Source: Eledone cirrhosa
Lineage: Eukaryota
Reading direction: 5' to 3'
Length of the DNA stretch: 64,000 nucleotides
Assembly: GCA_964016885.1 (NCBI GenBank)
Contig: OZ024766.1
Span: forward strand, 12,524,001-12,588,000
Positions 1-13,330 of the stretch are shown here, one piece after another. Both the position numbers and the translations under genes were made by a program. Numbering within the stretch: the stretch's first letter is position 1; every line of letters begins with the position of its first letter. Below the pieces are notes generated by a model that searched no databases, had not been told where the DNA came from, and saw nothing but the letters and a program-made list of their open reading frames with translations.

Positions 1-405
1 AATAAAGTTTCAGATATTACTGGGGATTAAGAGTTGTGAAAAAAATAAGATTTAAACAGAGGAAGTTTAATTAAATTATTACTAATTAAAGACATAATTA
101 TAAAAATAATAACTGAGGAATCCATTAATTCTTTAAACTTTCTGGCATTTAATTAGTGATAGAAGTTTATCTCTAGTATATTATCTTCCTGCAGGAAATT
201 TGTTAGATACAACAGACATAAGTTTTCTGAAAAAAATCTTGTATTAAAAATACAACAATATTAAATTATCTCACCAATGTAATATATAGTTGTAGTTATA
301 GTGTTTGATGGTTGTAATTACAGTGCCATATCTTCTTTCCTATGTAGATACATTTATGGTTAAAAAGACAATAGTTTCATACAATGATTTTTGACACTGA
401 TACTG

Positions 406-1269
406 TTACATTTCTGTATGAACACGTACATGTTTAGATAATTTGCTTTTTTGAGAGAATGATTCACCACAGATATCACAGTGATGAGGTTTCTCTGTTG
501 AATGAATATACATGTGTCTAGTTAAGCTACTTGAATGTGGAAATGATTTACCACAGATAGCACATTGATAAGGTTCCTCTCCAGTATGAATACGTTTGTG
601 TTTGGTTAATTCACCTGTACTAGTGAATGATTTACCACAGATATTACAGTGATGAGGTTTCTCTCCTGTATGAATATATTTGTGTTTACTGAAGGCACTT
701 GACGTTGAAAATGATTTACCACAGATAGCACATTGATAAGGTCTCTCTCCAGTATGAATACGCTTGTGTTTGGTTACGTCACTTGTACTAGAGAATGATT
801 TACCACAGATATTACAGTGATGAGGCTTCTCTCCGGTATGACTATATTTGTGTTTACTTAAAGCACTTGATGTTGAAAATGATTTACCACAGATGTCACA
901 CTGAAGAGGTTTCTCTCCAGTATGAATATAATTGTGTGTTGTTAAATGATTTAACCGAGAGAAGGATTTACCACAGATATCACACTGATGAGGTTTCTCT
1001 CCTGTATGGATATATTTGTGTCCTGTTAAATTACCTAACCGAGTGAAGGATTTACCACAGATATCACACTGATGAGGTCTCTCTCCTGTATGAATATATT
1101 TGTGTGTTGTTAAATGACCCAACTGAGAGAATGATTTACCACAGATATCACAAGGAAAATGCTTCTCTCCTGTATGACTAAGTCTGTGTCTAGTTAAAAG
1201 ACTTGTAAAAGGGAATGATTTACCACAGAAATCACAGCAGTATGATGATTTTCCTTCCTCTGCTGACAT
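406..1269 (-). CDS. C2H2 zinc-finger array protein, 10 fingers (ZNF paralog 1)
   Basis: ORF of tandem CxxC-x12-HxxxH fingers with TGEKP/TGERP linkers. ATG (MSAEEGK) at 1269 matches the starts of the paralogs. No KRAB/BTB-like N-terminus. Confidence 0.93.
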   Translation of the reverse strand: MSAEEGKSSYCCDFCGKSFPFTSLLTRHRLSHTGEKHFPCDICGKSFSQLGHLTTHKYIHTGERPHQCDICGKSFTRLGNLTGHKYIHTGEKPHQCDICGKSFSRLNHLTTHNYIHTGEKPLQCDICGKSFSTSSALSKHKYSHTGEKPHHCNICGKSFSSTSDVTKHKRIHTGERPYQCAICGKSFSTSSAFSKHKYIHTGEKPHHCNICGKSFTSTGELTKHKRIHTGEEPYQCAICGKSFPHSSSLTRHMYIHSTEKPHHCDICGESFSQKSKLSKHVRVHTEM

Positions 1270-1368
1270 CTCTTCAAGATAAAATTTCAATATTTTAAGT
1301 GTCTCTAATATCTTCCCAGAACTTTTTCTCTCAACACAATATATTGATATTGTTTCTTGGTTCTGTTT

Positions 1369-1434
1369 TTACAGTTTATTCCCAACAAATATTTCCTCCG
1401 TTACATCTCCATAAGCTCTGCTCTTTGTTGACAT
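1369..1434 (-). promoter_or_regulatory. conserved uORF MSTKSRAYGDVTEEIFVGNKL* in the 5' UTR of ZNF paralog 1
   Basis: 66 bp identical to 16089-16154 (-) and 45085-45150 (+). Confidence 0.5.
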
Positions 1435-1840
1435 CTGAAAATGATGCAAATTCCTTTGTAAATTTTAGCAACCTTAATAAGAATGCAGAATCTTCTTGAA
1501 CATTTTCCAGATAATGGAGAAGAGAAGTCTTTCTATGAACCTCAGTTTAGAAGAAATATTTCACTGTAATTCACTAAATGTTGAGATAAAAAGACTTGTA
1601 TAAATACTCTGTAAAATCTTGTATTAGTCTTTTAAACAATGATATTGATGTTGTATCTGAAGTTAAAATTTCTCTTCTTTCAATGTCATGTGATATTCTG
1701 AAATAACAGAGAAACAAAATAAGATATAGAGGAGAAGATATTAAAATGTTGTGATTCAACAATGGAAATATTACATTCCTTTAACGATAAATAGTCAACA
1801 TCATCATCGTTTAACATCCATCTTCCAAACTAGTATATAA

Positions 1841-2182
1841 TCATCATCATCATTTCATTTTACGTCCACTTTTCCCTGCTTGCAAGGGTGGGACGGGAAC
1901 TGATTCTGGCTTGATTTCTACAGCTGGATGCCCTTCCCAACACCAACCTCATTTACAGTGAGTGCTGGGTGCTTTTTTTTCCGTGGCACCTCCACGACCA
2001 CTTTGCAGTGGAATGATAGGGACCCCAGTCCCTATGATGTCATTTCTACAGCTGAGTAAACTGGAGCAATGTGAAATAAAGTGCCTTGCTCAAGGAAACA
2101 ACACATCACCCGGTCTGAGAATTGAACTCACAACCTTTCGATTGCAAGGCCAATGCTCTAACCACTAAGCCATGTGCCTCCA
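1841..2182 (-). mobile_element. tRNA-head SINE with RTE-derived 3' end and (GAT)n tail
   Basis: Minus strand begins GGAGGCACATGGCTTAGTGGTTAGAG...GTTCAATTC (A/B boxes). The 3' end matches the RTE at 16554. Other copies at 2651-2956 and 40617-41110. Confidence 0.75.
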
Positions 2183-2957
2183 TTATAATATATATAATAA
2201 TAATGAAAATAATTTTGTACAGTGCTCAGATGCACTACAACTCATCAAAGGTGCATGTATAGTACATAGAATAATGTACAAATGTCAGGGAAGTGAACAG
2301 TGTATGAGTAATGATATAAACACAGATACATGTGTGTGTGGTTATGGACGGGGAATATCAGCTGTAAGTGATGGCAAATATCGGGAAGCATGGAAGTTTT
2401 GAAGGATACATCAGTGATTCGGGTAATGTCTTCAAGAAACTCTATCAGTTGATCACAGTAGCTGCAGATAGGAGTAAATACAAATTGTGTGTGGGTCGGA
2501 TAAGGCTGTGAGACTTCCAGTGTGGTTCTCCTCCAGCGTCATGGGATGTTTTTCTCAAAGCTGTATACCAGCCATCTCTATGGGTGGGTCTGTCTGTGTG
2601 TGTGTCTGGCTATATGTGTGTCTGTGTGTATGTATGTCTGTGTGTGTGTATCATCATCATCATCATCATTTTACATCCGCTGTTCCCTGCTTGCAAGGGT
2701 GGGACGGGAACTGATGCTGGCTTGATTTCTACAGCTGGATGCCCTTCCTAACACCAACCTCATTTACAGTGAGTGCTGGGTGCTTTCTTGCCGTGGCACC
2801 TCCACGACCACTTTACAGTGGAATGATAGGGAAACTGGAGCAATGTGAAATAAAGTGTCTTGCTCAAGGACACAACACATCACCTGGTTTGAGAATTGAA
2901 CTCACAACCTTTCGATTGCAAGCCCAATGCTCTAACCACTAAGCCATGTGCCTCCAT

Positions 2958-3462
2958 GTATATGTCTGTCTGTATGTCTGTATTTGTATGTCTGTATGTG
3001 TGTGTATGTCTGTATTTGTATGTCTGTATGTGTGTGTATGTCTGTATGTGTGTATGTCTGTATTTGTATGTCTGTCTATCTGTCTGTGTCTATGTGTATG
3101 TATGTCTGTGTGTGTGTGTGTATATCTGTCTCTGTGTGTGTGTGTGTGTGTGTGTGTTTGTATTTGTATGTCTGTCTGTATGTGTGTATGTCTGTATTTG
3201 TATGTCTGTCTGTCTGTCTGTGTGTCTATGTGTATGTATGTCTGTGTGTGTGTATGTATATCTGTCTCTGTGTGTGTGTCTGTATGTGTGTATGTCTGTA
3301 TTTGTATGTCTGTCTGTCTGTGTGTCTATGTGTATGTATGTCTGTGTGTGTGTGTGTCTGTATGTGTGTGTATGTCTGTCTGTCTGTGTCTATATGTATG
3401 TATGTCTGTGTGTGCGTGTGTGTCTGTGTGTATGTATGTCTGTCTGCCTGTATTTGTATGTC

Positions 3463-3509
<47 letters not shown>

Positions 3510-3772
3510 TTGTATGTCTGTCTGTGTGTGTGTGTGTTTGTATTTGTATGTCTGTCTGTATGTGTGTGTGTGTGTATGACTGTCTGTGTGTGTGTATGTC
3601 AGTATTTATGTGACTATGTCTCTTTGTATCTATCTGCATGTGTATATGTGTGTGTATATCTGTATGTCTGTTTGCTTGTGTGTGTTTATCTGTATATCAG
3701 TGTGTGTGTGTGGTCTGTTTCTCAGTATGTGTGTGTCTGTATGTCTCCCTGTCACTATGTAACTGTGTATGT
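2958..3772. repeat. compound (TG)n/(TGTA/TCTG)n microsatellite
   Basis: low-complexity tract that explains the spurious VC-rich ORFs. Confidence 0.95.
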
Positions 3773-4127
3773 CTAGGGCTCTCACACAGGACTCCATCAT
3801 GGCCATGCAGCTAGTAAGATTGACTGGACAATAGTTGACATGTGACATGCGATCACCTTTTTGAACAAAGGAATGACACTGGCAGTTTTCCACTGCTCAG
3901 AGGTAACTCCATTGTTTAGGCAGAATTGAAAGAAGAGTGAAAGCTGGAGCAGATAAAAGTAGCCACCATGTTTGAGAAGCAGCTACGTAACATCATTACG
4001 ACCAGGAGAGGCATAGTTGAACTTATTCTTAAGGTGGCATCACAGCATTTCAGGTGTAAATTCCATATTTGTTATAGAATTTGATGTCAGAGGTGGTGGA
4101 GATGGTACATTTTGAATTTCAATAGTA

Positions 4128-4319
4128 ATAATTGTTTCTACTTTTGGCACAAGGCCAGCAATTACCCCAGTACATTACTGGTACTTTATTTTATCGACCC
4201 CGTAAGGATGAAAGGCAAAGTTAACCTCGGCGGGATTTGAACTCAGATTGGAAAGGGCCGTAACTCTATGCGTCAAAGCATGGCGTCCGACCCTATACCG
4301 ATACTGCCAATTCACCGCC
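4128..4319 (-). mobile_element. tRNA-derived SINE with a Meta-like central domain
   Basis: Core GCCTTTCATCCTTACGGGGTCGATAAAATAAAGTACCAG plus B box GAGTTCAAATCC. Recurs at about 6603, 19350, 20025-20750 (4 copies), 27329, 28866, 33735 and 38391. Confidence 0.75.
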
Positions 4320-5397
4320 CTCAACAGTAAAAATGCCAGCAGAGTATTCAGCAATAAATTCTGCACATTCTTTGGGATCATCAGTAGTCCAGCTGATGTG
4401 GGGATTGCGAAGACGACTTACTGGAGTATGAGGTCTCTGCTTTGAATGTACATATTTCCAGAACACTTTGCTGACAGAGTTTTTCCCAGTATTAAAACCT
4501 TATTATGTAGAAACACCAACGAATAAAAACTTGTGAAAAAAAAAGGCCACCAGAGAAACCTTCAAGAATCCCATCTAATCCGTTTTCGAAAAAAAATGAG
4601 TCATTTTTGACTGATTTTAAGGTAAAATTTGTTGAAAACATGAAGATAAAACTTGGAAAAAAAAACAAAACAAAACAGTTTCCCAGCGGACAACTGAGGG
4701 GTGTTTTTACGGTAAATTTACCTTAAATTGAAACAGATTTAGACTAAAATGTAGATAGTTGCCCCTTCTCGGAGTTTACCCAACCATTTTTTTTTCCGAG
4801 TGTTATTAACGAATCTCACCTCCCAACAAGTAGGAAATGACTAGATTTATAGAGAAACTAGGGTGAAAGGGAGTAGAAATGACGATCGTGAGGAAAAATT
4901 GGTGGGGGAAAATGAACTCTTTTTTTTCTTCTTGTGCTATCAACTAATCTGACCTCCAAGGTGCTCCAAATTGTCTTTTTCTCCCGGATTAGGGTTTCTG
5001 TTCTCCAGATAAAAATCGATTGTGAGAATCTTGGAAGTTAGATTAGGTTAAATCTAACTGAAATGGAGGGGTGTGTTGTATAAGTTTACCTAAACTACAT
5101 ATTATACTACAAGGAAGTAAACCACATGATTAAATAGACGGAGGAAATTTAAATAATAAAGACAGTCATAATAACAATCTATTTTATATCACATGTAACA
5201 GTAGTATCTAGCTATTGTAAAATAAGACATTTCAGTCTAGAAGAATTTTCCTGTATATAAAAGTGACGAGGAAGAAATATGTCCAAAGTTGTTAAATATT
5301 TTCACTTGTATATAATTACTGTATCGTTGAAAGGTTCACATAATTCTATTATTTACACACATTATTATAGACTTCAAGCAAATCTTTCTCAACTTAC

Positions 5398-5570
5398 CCT
5401 CTTCACATGTAATCAATGTGTTGTCTTCTTATATTTTATTAAACAACCAAAGAAATAATCTCCTTGTTGTTGTTAAATTAAAATTTCCAAAGATTTTATC
5501 ATCTTTTCTTTGTCCGCCATTAACGTTGGTGTATCTTCTTATTCTTTAGCCACAGATTCGTATCTTGTCA
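5398..5570 (-). promoter_or_regulatory. putative non-coding exon 1 / promoter-proximal region of ZNF paralog 1
   Basis: Block conserved upstream of all three ZNF genes in the same relative orientation (21656-21797 -, 38735-38907 +). Contains AATGGCGG (YY1-like) and ends in a consensus donor. Confidence 0.55.
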
Positions 5571-5619
5571 CAATGAACATATTGTGCTAGCTTTCTTCTT
5601 CCTCCCTAACTGTTTGTCT

Positions 5620-5676
<57 letters not shown>

Positions 5677-5951
5677 AACAAGGGGAGAAGAATACTGCAT
5701 GGTTGCACATGGATTACATATTATAAAATAAGTCCCTCATCAGTGATTTGCCAACCATCATTGGTATTTCATCGGATATATATATATATATCTATATATA
5801 TATATATATATATATATGCAGAGGTTATATTTAATTTGTTGGGATTCAACAAGCTTAAACATTTTTATTACTGATATAAAGCACTCAACAATTTAGTGGT
5901 GTAAATATACAATATATTAACAAATGGAAACTATATTTATAAAACCATATT

Positions 5952-6014
5952 TATTTTATACATATTTCAAGGGCCACCAAGGCAAATTATGGTGCGCTTT
6001 CATCAGATAAAATA
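5952..6014 (-). ncRNA. minimal type-I hammerhead ribozyme motif, family A (possibly degenerate)
   Basis: minus strand: tattttat-CTGATGA-aagcgcacca...tggtggccctt-GAAA-tatgta-TA-aaata. Confidence 0.6.
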
Positions 6015-6099
6015 CAATACAGATTAGTTTTAATATATTGTATATATATATATATATAAGTTAAAACAATGAAATAAAAAATTAAGTCATTAGAGATAT

Positions 6100-9000
6100 A
6101 CTTCACTGCTTTACGATCGTTTCTGGGTGATGATAATACATTGTAGCTATACTCAGTTATTGATCTATGTAAGGTTAGTTACAAAATATCAGATAAAGAG
6201 AATATTTACTTACATGCATATCACCAGCTGTTTTCAAAAGCAATAATAATTTTATTCAGAATTAGTAGTATGTTAGTATCATGTCCTTATTTGGAGGTAT
6301 TTGAAGAACTAACCAACCAAATTGTTTTTTCATATGGTGTTAGGATGAAAAGTAATACACTTTAGTTGAGGTCATGACCCTTTGAAAGGAATGGTTGAAT
6401 GGTGTTAATAGTAGAATTGGCATAAAAATCTATTAGGAGGAAAAGGAATGTCAAACTGATAGTTGAATGTATCTGGTATAGTGAAGTTTAAAAGAATGTC
6501 AAAATAAATGGTGATTAGTGTTGTATTGAGTTTTTAGGTGAATATAAATTAAGGTTATGGCTAGGAAAGATAATATATTAAAAGCTGAAAATTATAATGA
6601 GATAATGGTTTCTACTTTAGGCACAAGGCCAGCAATTAACCAGTGCATTACTGGTACTTTATTTTATCGACCCCGTAAGGATGAAAGGCAAAGTCAACCT
6701 CAGCGGGATTTGACCTCAGATCGTAAAGGGACGTAACTATGCTGGAAATTATAATGAGATAATGAAATACAGTAATGCGATAATATACAACATAACCAAC
6801 ACAATATAGTACGGTGTGGTAAATTGCACTTAGCATATGATACACTCTAAAATACTATCAAGTATATTTATGTATAAATAATCAAACTCATTCATACATG
6901 TTGGCATAGTTAAAACACATAAATTTCATAGATTACAAAGTGCATATATTCACACTATATATAGAGAGGTACAGTTATATTGATATCCAACCAAAAATAT
7001 ATACGCACAAATAGATGCAAACCTAAATACACATTTACACATGTACACATAATCATATACACACATATCCATACATATCTATATCTACACATACACACCT
7101 ATACCCACATATATACATACACATATACATATATATATATATCCAAACCCATGCAAGTGTGGAAGATGGACATTAAACGATGATGATGATGATATATACA
7201 TATATATATGTGTGTGTATGTACACACACTCATATATAAACACTCATACACATATACTCACATATACACACACGCAAACACACATATATATATACACACA
7301 TACACATACATATATATATACATATATACACATACATAAATATATATATACACACACATAAATATATTTCCATATCATACATAGATATATTTTTACTCAT
7401 GCAATTACGGGTGGTTGTGTACCTTGTTGCCTTTAGTCATTAACGCATAAATCTAAGGAAGCTAAAACATTAAAAGGTAAAAAATAATCATGAATGCATA
7501 TAATTAGTGGTAAGGGGTACTAATAAATGTTACTCTATATAGAATTATAGTGAGTTGGTATTTAGAATATTTAATAGGTTTATAGTATTTAAATTTTCTT
7601 CGTATACGGTGATTACAAACTATGATCAGTTCCTGCCTTTTATTTAATAAATCGTCCTTAGATTTAGTAATTTCCAACATCTCCCCTGAACATAATCTGC
7701 ATTCCCTCCTGTTCCCAAGATATGGAGTTCTTTGTAGAATGGTGTTCCATGATAACTTGAAATCTATTTTTTTCTTTTTATAATTATTTACCGCTTCAGC
7801 TAAAGATGTGGTGTTAACTAGTTTAGTATTGTTGAAACTACTAGAGTGTGCATAAAATCTTTTCTTAAATGTGTTTGATGTAGATCCTATATATGTTTTG
7901 TTGGAGTCTGTAGTAGACACAGTGCATTTATATATTACATTATTAATCAGACAGTTGCCATTTAAGGGGCAAATGCTCCTATTTCTGCAATTACAACCAT
8001 ACGTAAGATGGTTGTTGGGGGTGCCTATACTATTCTCATTAATCCTTGAGCTATTCCTATTGTAATTAATGATAGCAGGAGAATGAAGGTTGCTTTGTGG
8101 GTGGTTTGGTGCTAGGGTTGTATTGTGATTTTGTGTTCTGTTGTTTTTGTGTTGGTGATTTGGGTGGTTGTGTTTTCTAGGTTGAAGGATTGTATTATTT
8201 GCCTTTTTAAAAGGTGCAGTCCTATTTAAATTATGTTGTGGTGGTGTAGTCATATTATTTAAAAGTTTATAAATGTTGTAGTTGCTTATTTTTTGCTGGA
8301 GATTGCTTGATGTAGAGTATGAGAATTTAACAGTATATTTGTTAAATATTTGGTGGTATCTGTGGTTTGGTGGAAAATGTTTATGTAGAATTTCAAAGAA
8401 TTTTGGGGGGATTTGTCCAATAGTTTGCAGGTTGAAGGGTGCGTTGTACCATGTTAGGTTTCTTTTGCAGTTTTTAGTTAAGTTTTTATTACCACTTATA
8501 TTATTGTACTGTATTCTAGAACAATTCCTATGGTTAGTATCTGTATTTGTGGAATTTGGTAAATTACCGTGGTTGTATTTGGTGTTATTATTGGGTAGAT
8601 TATGAGATTTTGAGTGCTTGGTATTCATATGTGGGTTGATAACATTGGTCATAGATCATGTAGTAATAGTTGTTGTGGTTTTTCGGTTGTTTGGTGTAAT
8701 AGGAATAACCACTTTTAGGTATTTGTTTCAATGGTATTTTTTGGTGTTTGTAGTTTTTGCTAGGTTTTATATTTTGGTCCATAGTAGTGTTGGGGATATA
8801 TGAAATTTTTTATTTATATCCACTTCTAGTTAAGGCCTCATTGTAGAAGGGTGCATTATTATAAAATATATCTTCATTGGAAGATAATTTAGAAAGTCTA
8901 AGAGATATGTTATATACTAAGTTCTTGAGTATAGAGCCAGGGTGGTTAGATCGTGAATGTACATAATGTAGATTCTGGTTGGGTTTGTGGTAAGGTTGAT

Positions 9001-9295
9001 AAGTATTCGTAGAGAGGTCTAAGGTAATGTCAAGGAAATTAGCTACTTTTGAAGTGTTTTCAAAAGTGATGCTAAGGCTGTAATAGTCCTTGAGGAATTT
9101 TCTAATTTGTTTTTTGTTTTTCTCTATATTGGAATTGCTAAGATTGTTAGATAACAATAGACAATCATCCCGATAAAGACCACCTTTGTGGTGGGGAAAA
9201 GAGTCATGAATATTATAGAGGAGAAATAGTCCAACGAGGTCTGTAACTTGAGCAGAGTCCATGGATCCCATCGTAATATCGAATAAGTTGTTATA
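6100..9295 (-). mobile_element. Penelope-like retroelement (RT + GIY-YIG endonuclease), 5'-truncated and frameshifted
   Basis: 8810-9319 has RT motifs MGSMDSAQVTDLVG and YRDD. 7504-8652 has WYNAPF, a CNCR...CPLNGNC Cys linker and GIY-YIG VIYKC...YIGST...FKKRFYAH. A hammerhead 3' half (GAAA-cgatcg-TA) lies at about 6110-6125. Confidence 0.85.
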
Positions 9296-10859
9296 AGTTG
9301 ATATATATATCGTCGACAATGACGTTTAACGTCCATTTCTCCATGCTAACATGGGTTAGACGAGCTGCCCCGTTTTCTGACAAGTTAGATCAGATGACCT
9401 TGTCTTGTTAATACAGAACTATCTTTGGGTTGGTTGTTAGGGCTGGATACCCATCCAAACGCCAACCAAGTTACAGTGGCGAGTTGATGCTTTTGTCTAT
9501 GCAACAAAACCATCACGATACAGGGTAGAGAGGCCACTTTTTGTTATGTCACCAACACCAGCACTTTACAGGGTAGACTGGGCACCTTTTGACCTTTCTC
9601 CAACTCCACCACTTTACAGGATGGACAGGAGGCATTTGTCATGTCACTGACAATAGCACATTACAGGGTGAACTGGGTACTTTTTGTCTTGTCAGGGTAG
9701 ACTGGGCGCCTTTTATCAGGTCACTGACACCAGCAGTTTACAGGGTAGATTGAGCACCTTTTGTCTTGTCACTAACTCCAACACTTTACAGAGTGGACTG
9801 GGCACTTTTTGTCTTGACAGCAACACTACCACTTTACAGCTTGGACTGTGTTTTGTCTCGTCACCATCACAACCACTATATTCAGTGGACTAGGTATATA
9901 TTGTTGGGACGCTAACATGACCAATTTACAAGAAGGGCTAGGTGATTTTTTTCTCCTGTGATCAACACGACTACACTTCAGGGTGGACCTGGTGCCCTCA
10001 GGCTCACCACCAACATGACCACTTTACAGTATTGGCTGGGTTACTCCAGTCATGTCACCAAAATGAACATCTGAAAGGGGTCGACTGGGTGCTTATTTGT
10101 CTGTCACAAGAAAGACCACCTTGCAGGGAGGGTCAGCTGCCCTTTTGTCATGTTACCTTACAGGGAGGTCTTGGTACTCTTTTGTCATGGCACCAACGTG
10201 GTCACCTTACAGGGTTGACTGAGAGCTTCAGCCATTTCAGCAGCATTGTGGAAGAGTGTGTTTATCTTTCCATGTTTGTATACATTGGTTGGTCAAGAGA
10301 GGTACCTCAGATGTGTAAAGTGTAGTTGCATGTATGTTGAGTGGGGATTGGAGTGGTAGGTCGAGGGTGGGGTACTTAGCTGGTGAAGGGTGGAGTGTTA
10401 AGTCATGGGTGAAAGATGGAGTGTTATATGGGAGGTGTTTGGAAGTGGGTAGTTCATACTAGAAAGCTCTAGATATTGCTTCCTCTAATGTACATGGAAA
10501 GGCAGGTCTGCTGAAGTACAGCATAATGCCAGAGATCACAATCCTATCTCATACACATCACACATCCATACCACTACAATCTCTTCTCCTGTACATTGCA
10601 TCTGACTACACATATGTCCAGTTTCTCTCTCAGTTCAATTACACTTTGCCATTCATACATAATACTATTACACATCCATCAGAACAAGTTGAAATGACTG
10701 ACTTGACAAATTCCTCAAATATCAATCTTTTATTAACAAAACAGGGATTGAAATTTAAGACATAAATACAATTTATAGAATGATTTATGAAAAACAAATA
10801 AATAATTTCAAAAAGATACAAATCAATACAAAGAGATAAAGAAGAAAAGATACACATAC

Positions 10860-11140
10860 TCCTTCAATTATACACTATAGGGAATGTGGGTGTTGCCCTC
10901 TAAATATTTCTTGAAGTCAGGGATAGAGGGTCCCTCAATTATACACTACAGGGAATGTGGGTGTTGCCCTCTAAATATTTCTTGAGGCCAGTTACAGCAT
11001 TATCTCATGGGATAGAGGGTCGCTCAAATACACACTATTACAGGGAATGAGGCTGTTGCTCTCTAAATATTTCTAGAGGCCGGTTACAGCAGGGATATAG
11101 GGTCCCTCAATTACACACAACAGGGTATGCGGGTGTTGCC
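10860..11140. repeat. short imperfect tandem repeat (about 70-85 bp, about 4 copies)
   Basis: repeated CCCTCAATTATACACTACAGGGAATGTGGGTGTTGCCCTCTAAATATTTCT. Confidence 0.75.
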
Positions 11141-11344
11141 AAAAAATAAATTTAAGAAGACAACTATCAGATATGAGAATTATTTTAATCCCACGTAAAA
11201 ATGAAATTTAAAAAATGGAAAGCAATATTTAGAGGCTGTTGAAATACTAAGGGTTTCCTTGTGAAATTAGTTGAAAATAAGTTTATATTTCTCAGATGAA
11301 GGGCATGTTACATTGCCAAGTTAAAAGGTTTGTGTTTGTTTTTC

Positions 11345-13330
11345 TCTATTTAAGTTAGAGTTTTTCACCAGTGTTATCTTTTGCGCTTAGTTAAAGAACA
11401 GCTAGAGAAATCATGTCACATATTTCACAATGGTAATATTTCTCTCCAGTGTGGTCTTTTGTGTTTATTCAAATTAGTGCTACTGTCAAAATATTCCACA
11501 CATATTTCACAATGGCCTCTCTCCAGTGTCGTCTTTTGTGTTTATTCAAATTAGTGCTACTGTCAAAATATTCCCCACATATTTCACAATGGTAATATTT
11601 CTTTCCAGTGTGGTCTTTTGTGTTTATTCAAATTAGTGCTACTGTCAAAATATTCCCCACATATTTCACAATGGCCTCTCTCCAGTGTGGTCTTTTGTGT
11701 TTATTCAAATTAGTGCTACTGCCAAAATATTCCACACATATTTCACAATGATTTCTCTCCAGTGTGGTCTTTTGTGTTTATTCAAATTAGTGCTACTGTC
11801 AAAATATTCCACACATATTTCACAATGGCCTCTCTCCAGTGTCGTCTTTTGTGTTTATTCAAATTAGTGCTACTGTCAAAATATTCCCCACATATTTCAC
11901 AATGGTAATATTTCTCTCCAGTTTGGTCTTTTGTGTTTATTCAAATTAGTGTTACTGTCAAAATATTCCCCACATATTTCACAATGGTAATATTTCTCTC
12001 TAGTGTGGTCTTTTGTGTTTATTCAAATTAGTGCTACTGTCAAAATATTCCACACATATTTCACAATGGCCTCTCTCCAGTGTGGTCTTTTGTGTTTATT
12101 CAAATTAGTGCTACTGTCAAAATATTCCCCACATATTTCACAATGGCCTCTCTCCAGTGTGGTCTTTTGTGTTTATTCAAATTAGTGCTACTGTCAAAAT
12201 ATTCCCCACATATTTCACAATGGCCTCTCTCCAGTGTGGTCTTTTGTGTTTATTCAAATTAGTGCTACTGTCAAAATATTCCCCACATATTTCACAATGG
12301 CCTCTCTCCAGTGTGGTCTTTTGTGTTTATTCAAATTAGTGCTACTGTCAAAATATTCCACACATATTTCACAATGGCCTCTCTCCAGTGTGGTCTTTTG
12401 TGTTTATTCAAATTAGTGCTACTGTCAAAATATTCCCCACATATTTCACAATGGCCTCTCTCCAGTGTGGTCTTTTGTGTTTATTCAAATTAGTGTTACT
12501 GTCAAAATATTCCCCACATATTTCACAATGGCCTCTCTCCAGTGTGGTCTTTTGTGTTTATTCAAATTAGTGCTACTGTCAAAATATTCCACACATATTT
12601 CACAATGGCCTCTCTCCAGTGTCGTCTTTTGTGTTTATTCAAATTAGTGCTACTGTCAAAATATTCCCCACATATTTCACAATGGTAATATTTCTCTCCA
12701 GTTTGGTCTTTTGTGTTTATTCAAATTAGTGTTACTGTCAAAATATTCCCCACATATTTCACAATGGCCTCTCTCCAGTGTGGTCTTTTGTGTTTATTCA
12801 AATTAGTGCTACTGCCAAAATATTCCACACATATTTCACAATGATTTCTCTCCAGTGTGGTCTTTTGTGTTTATTCAAATTAGTGCTACAGTCAAAATAT
12901 TCCCCACATATTTCACAATGGCCTCTCTCCAGTGTGGTCTTTTGTGTTTATTCAAATTAGTGCTACTGTCAAAATATTCCCCACATATTTCACAATGGCC
13001 TCTCTCCAGTGTGGTCTTTTGTGTTTATTCAAATTAGTGCTACTGTCAAAATATTCCACACATATTTCACAATGGCCTCTCTCCAGTGTGGTCTTTTGTG
13101 TTTATTCAAATTAGTGCTACTGTCAAAATATTCCACACATATTTCACAATGGCCTCTCTCCAGTGTGGTCTTTTGTGTTTATTCAAATTTCTGTTACTGC
13201 CAAAATATTCCCCACAGGGTAAACAGTGGCTTCTCTCCAATGTGTGTTCTTCTCTGTTTATTTAAATGACTCCTTACAGCAAAAGATTTTTCCATGTTCC
13301 ACATTGAAAGGGTTTCTCACCAGGGCATGA
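11345..13330 (-). pseudogene. C2H2 ZNF pseudogene in which one finger is amplified as a 77/82-bp satellite (about 22-23 copies, 11415-13200)
   Basis: The unit reverse complement reads HCEICGEYFDSSTNLNKHKR/HTGER across a frameshift. Flanks retain GEKPFQC and HLNKQRRTHIGEKP remnants. Confidence 0.8.

Larger units (their letters stand above)
2190..4470 (-). mobile_element. degenerate, internally deleted CR1-type LINE interrupted by SINEs and a microsatellite
   Basis: Minus-strand fragments FWKYVHSK...DDPKECAEFIAEYSAGIFT and WKTASVIPLFKKGD...NYCPVNLTS resemble the CR1 tether and RT N-terminus. Paralogous copy at about 18690-19690. Confidence 0.55.
1698..5397 (-). other. putative intron of ZNF paralog 1
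   Basis: Minus-strand donor GAGG|GTAAGT at 5398/5397 and acceptor TTTGTTTCTCTGTTATTTCAG|AAT at 1698/1697. Both are conserved in all three paralogs. Confidence 0.65.

Noticed and set aside
2110-2182. tRNA gene
   Set aside because: It is the tRNA-derived head of a SINE, repeated at about 2890-2956 and 41040-41110, without a full acceptor stem.
5715-5750. CTGATGA on the minus strand as another hammerhead
   Set aside because: no downstream GAAA or convincing stems
11415-13200. CRISPR-like regular arrays (also the 112-, 49- and 109-bp arrays)
   Set aside because: Units are contiguous with no unique spacers, there are no cas genes, and the context is eukaryotic.
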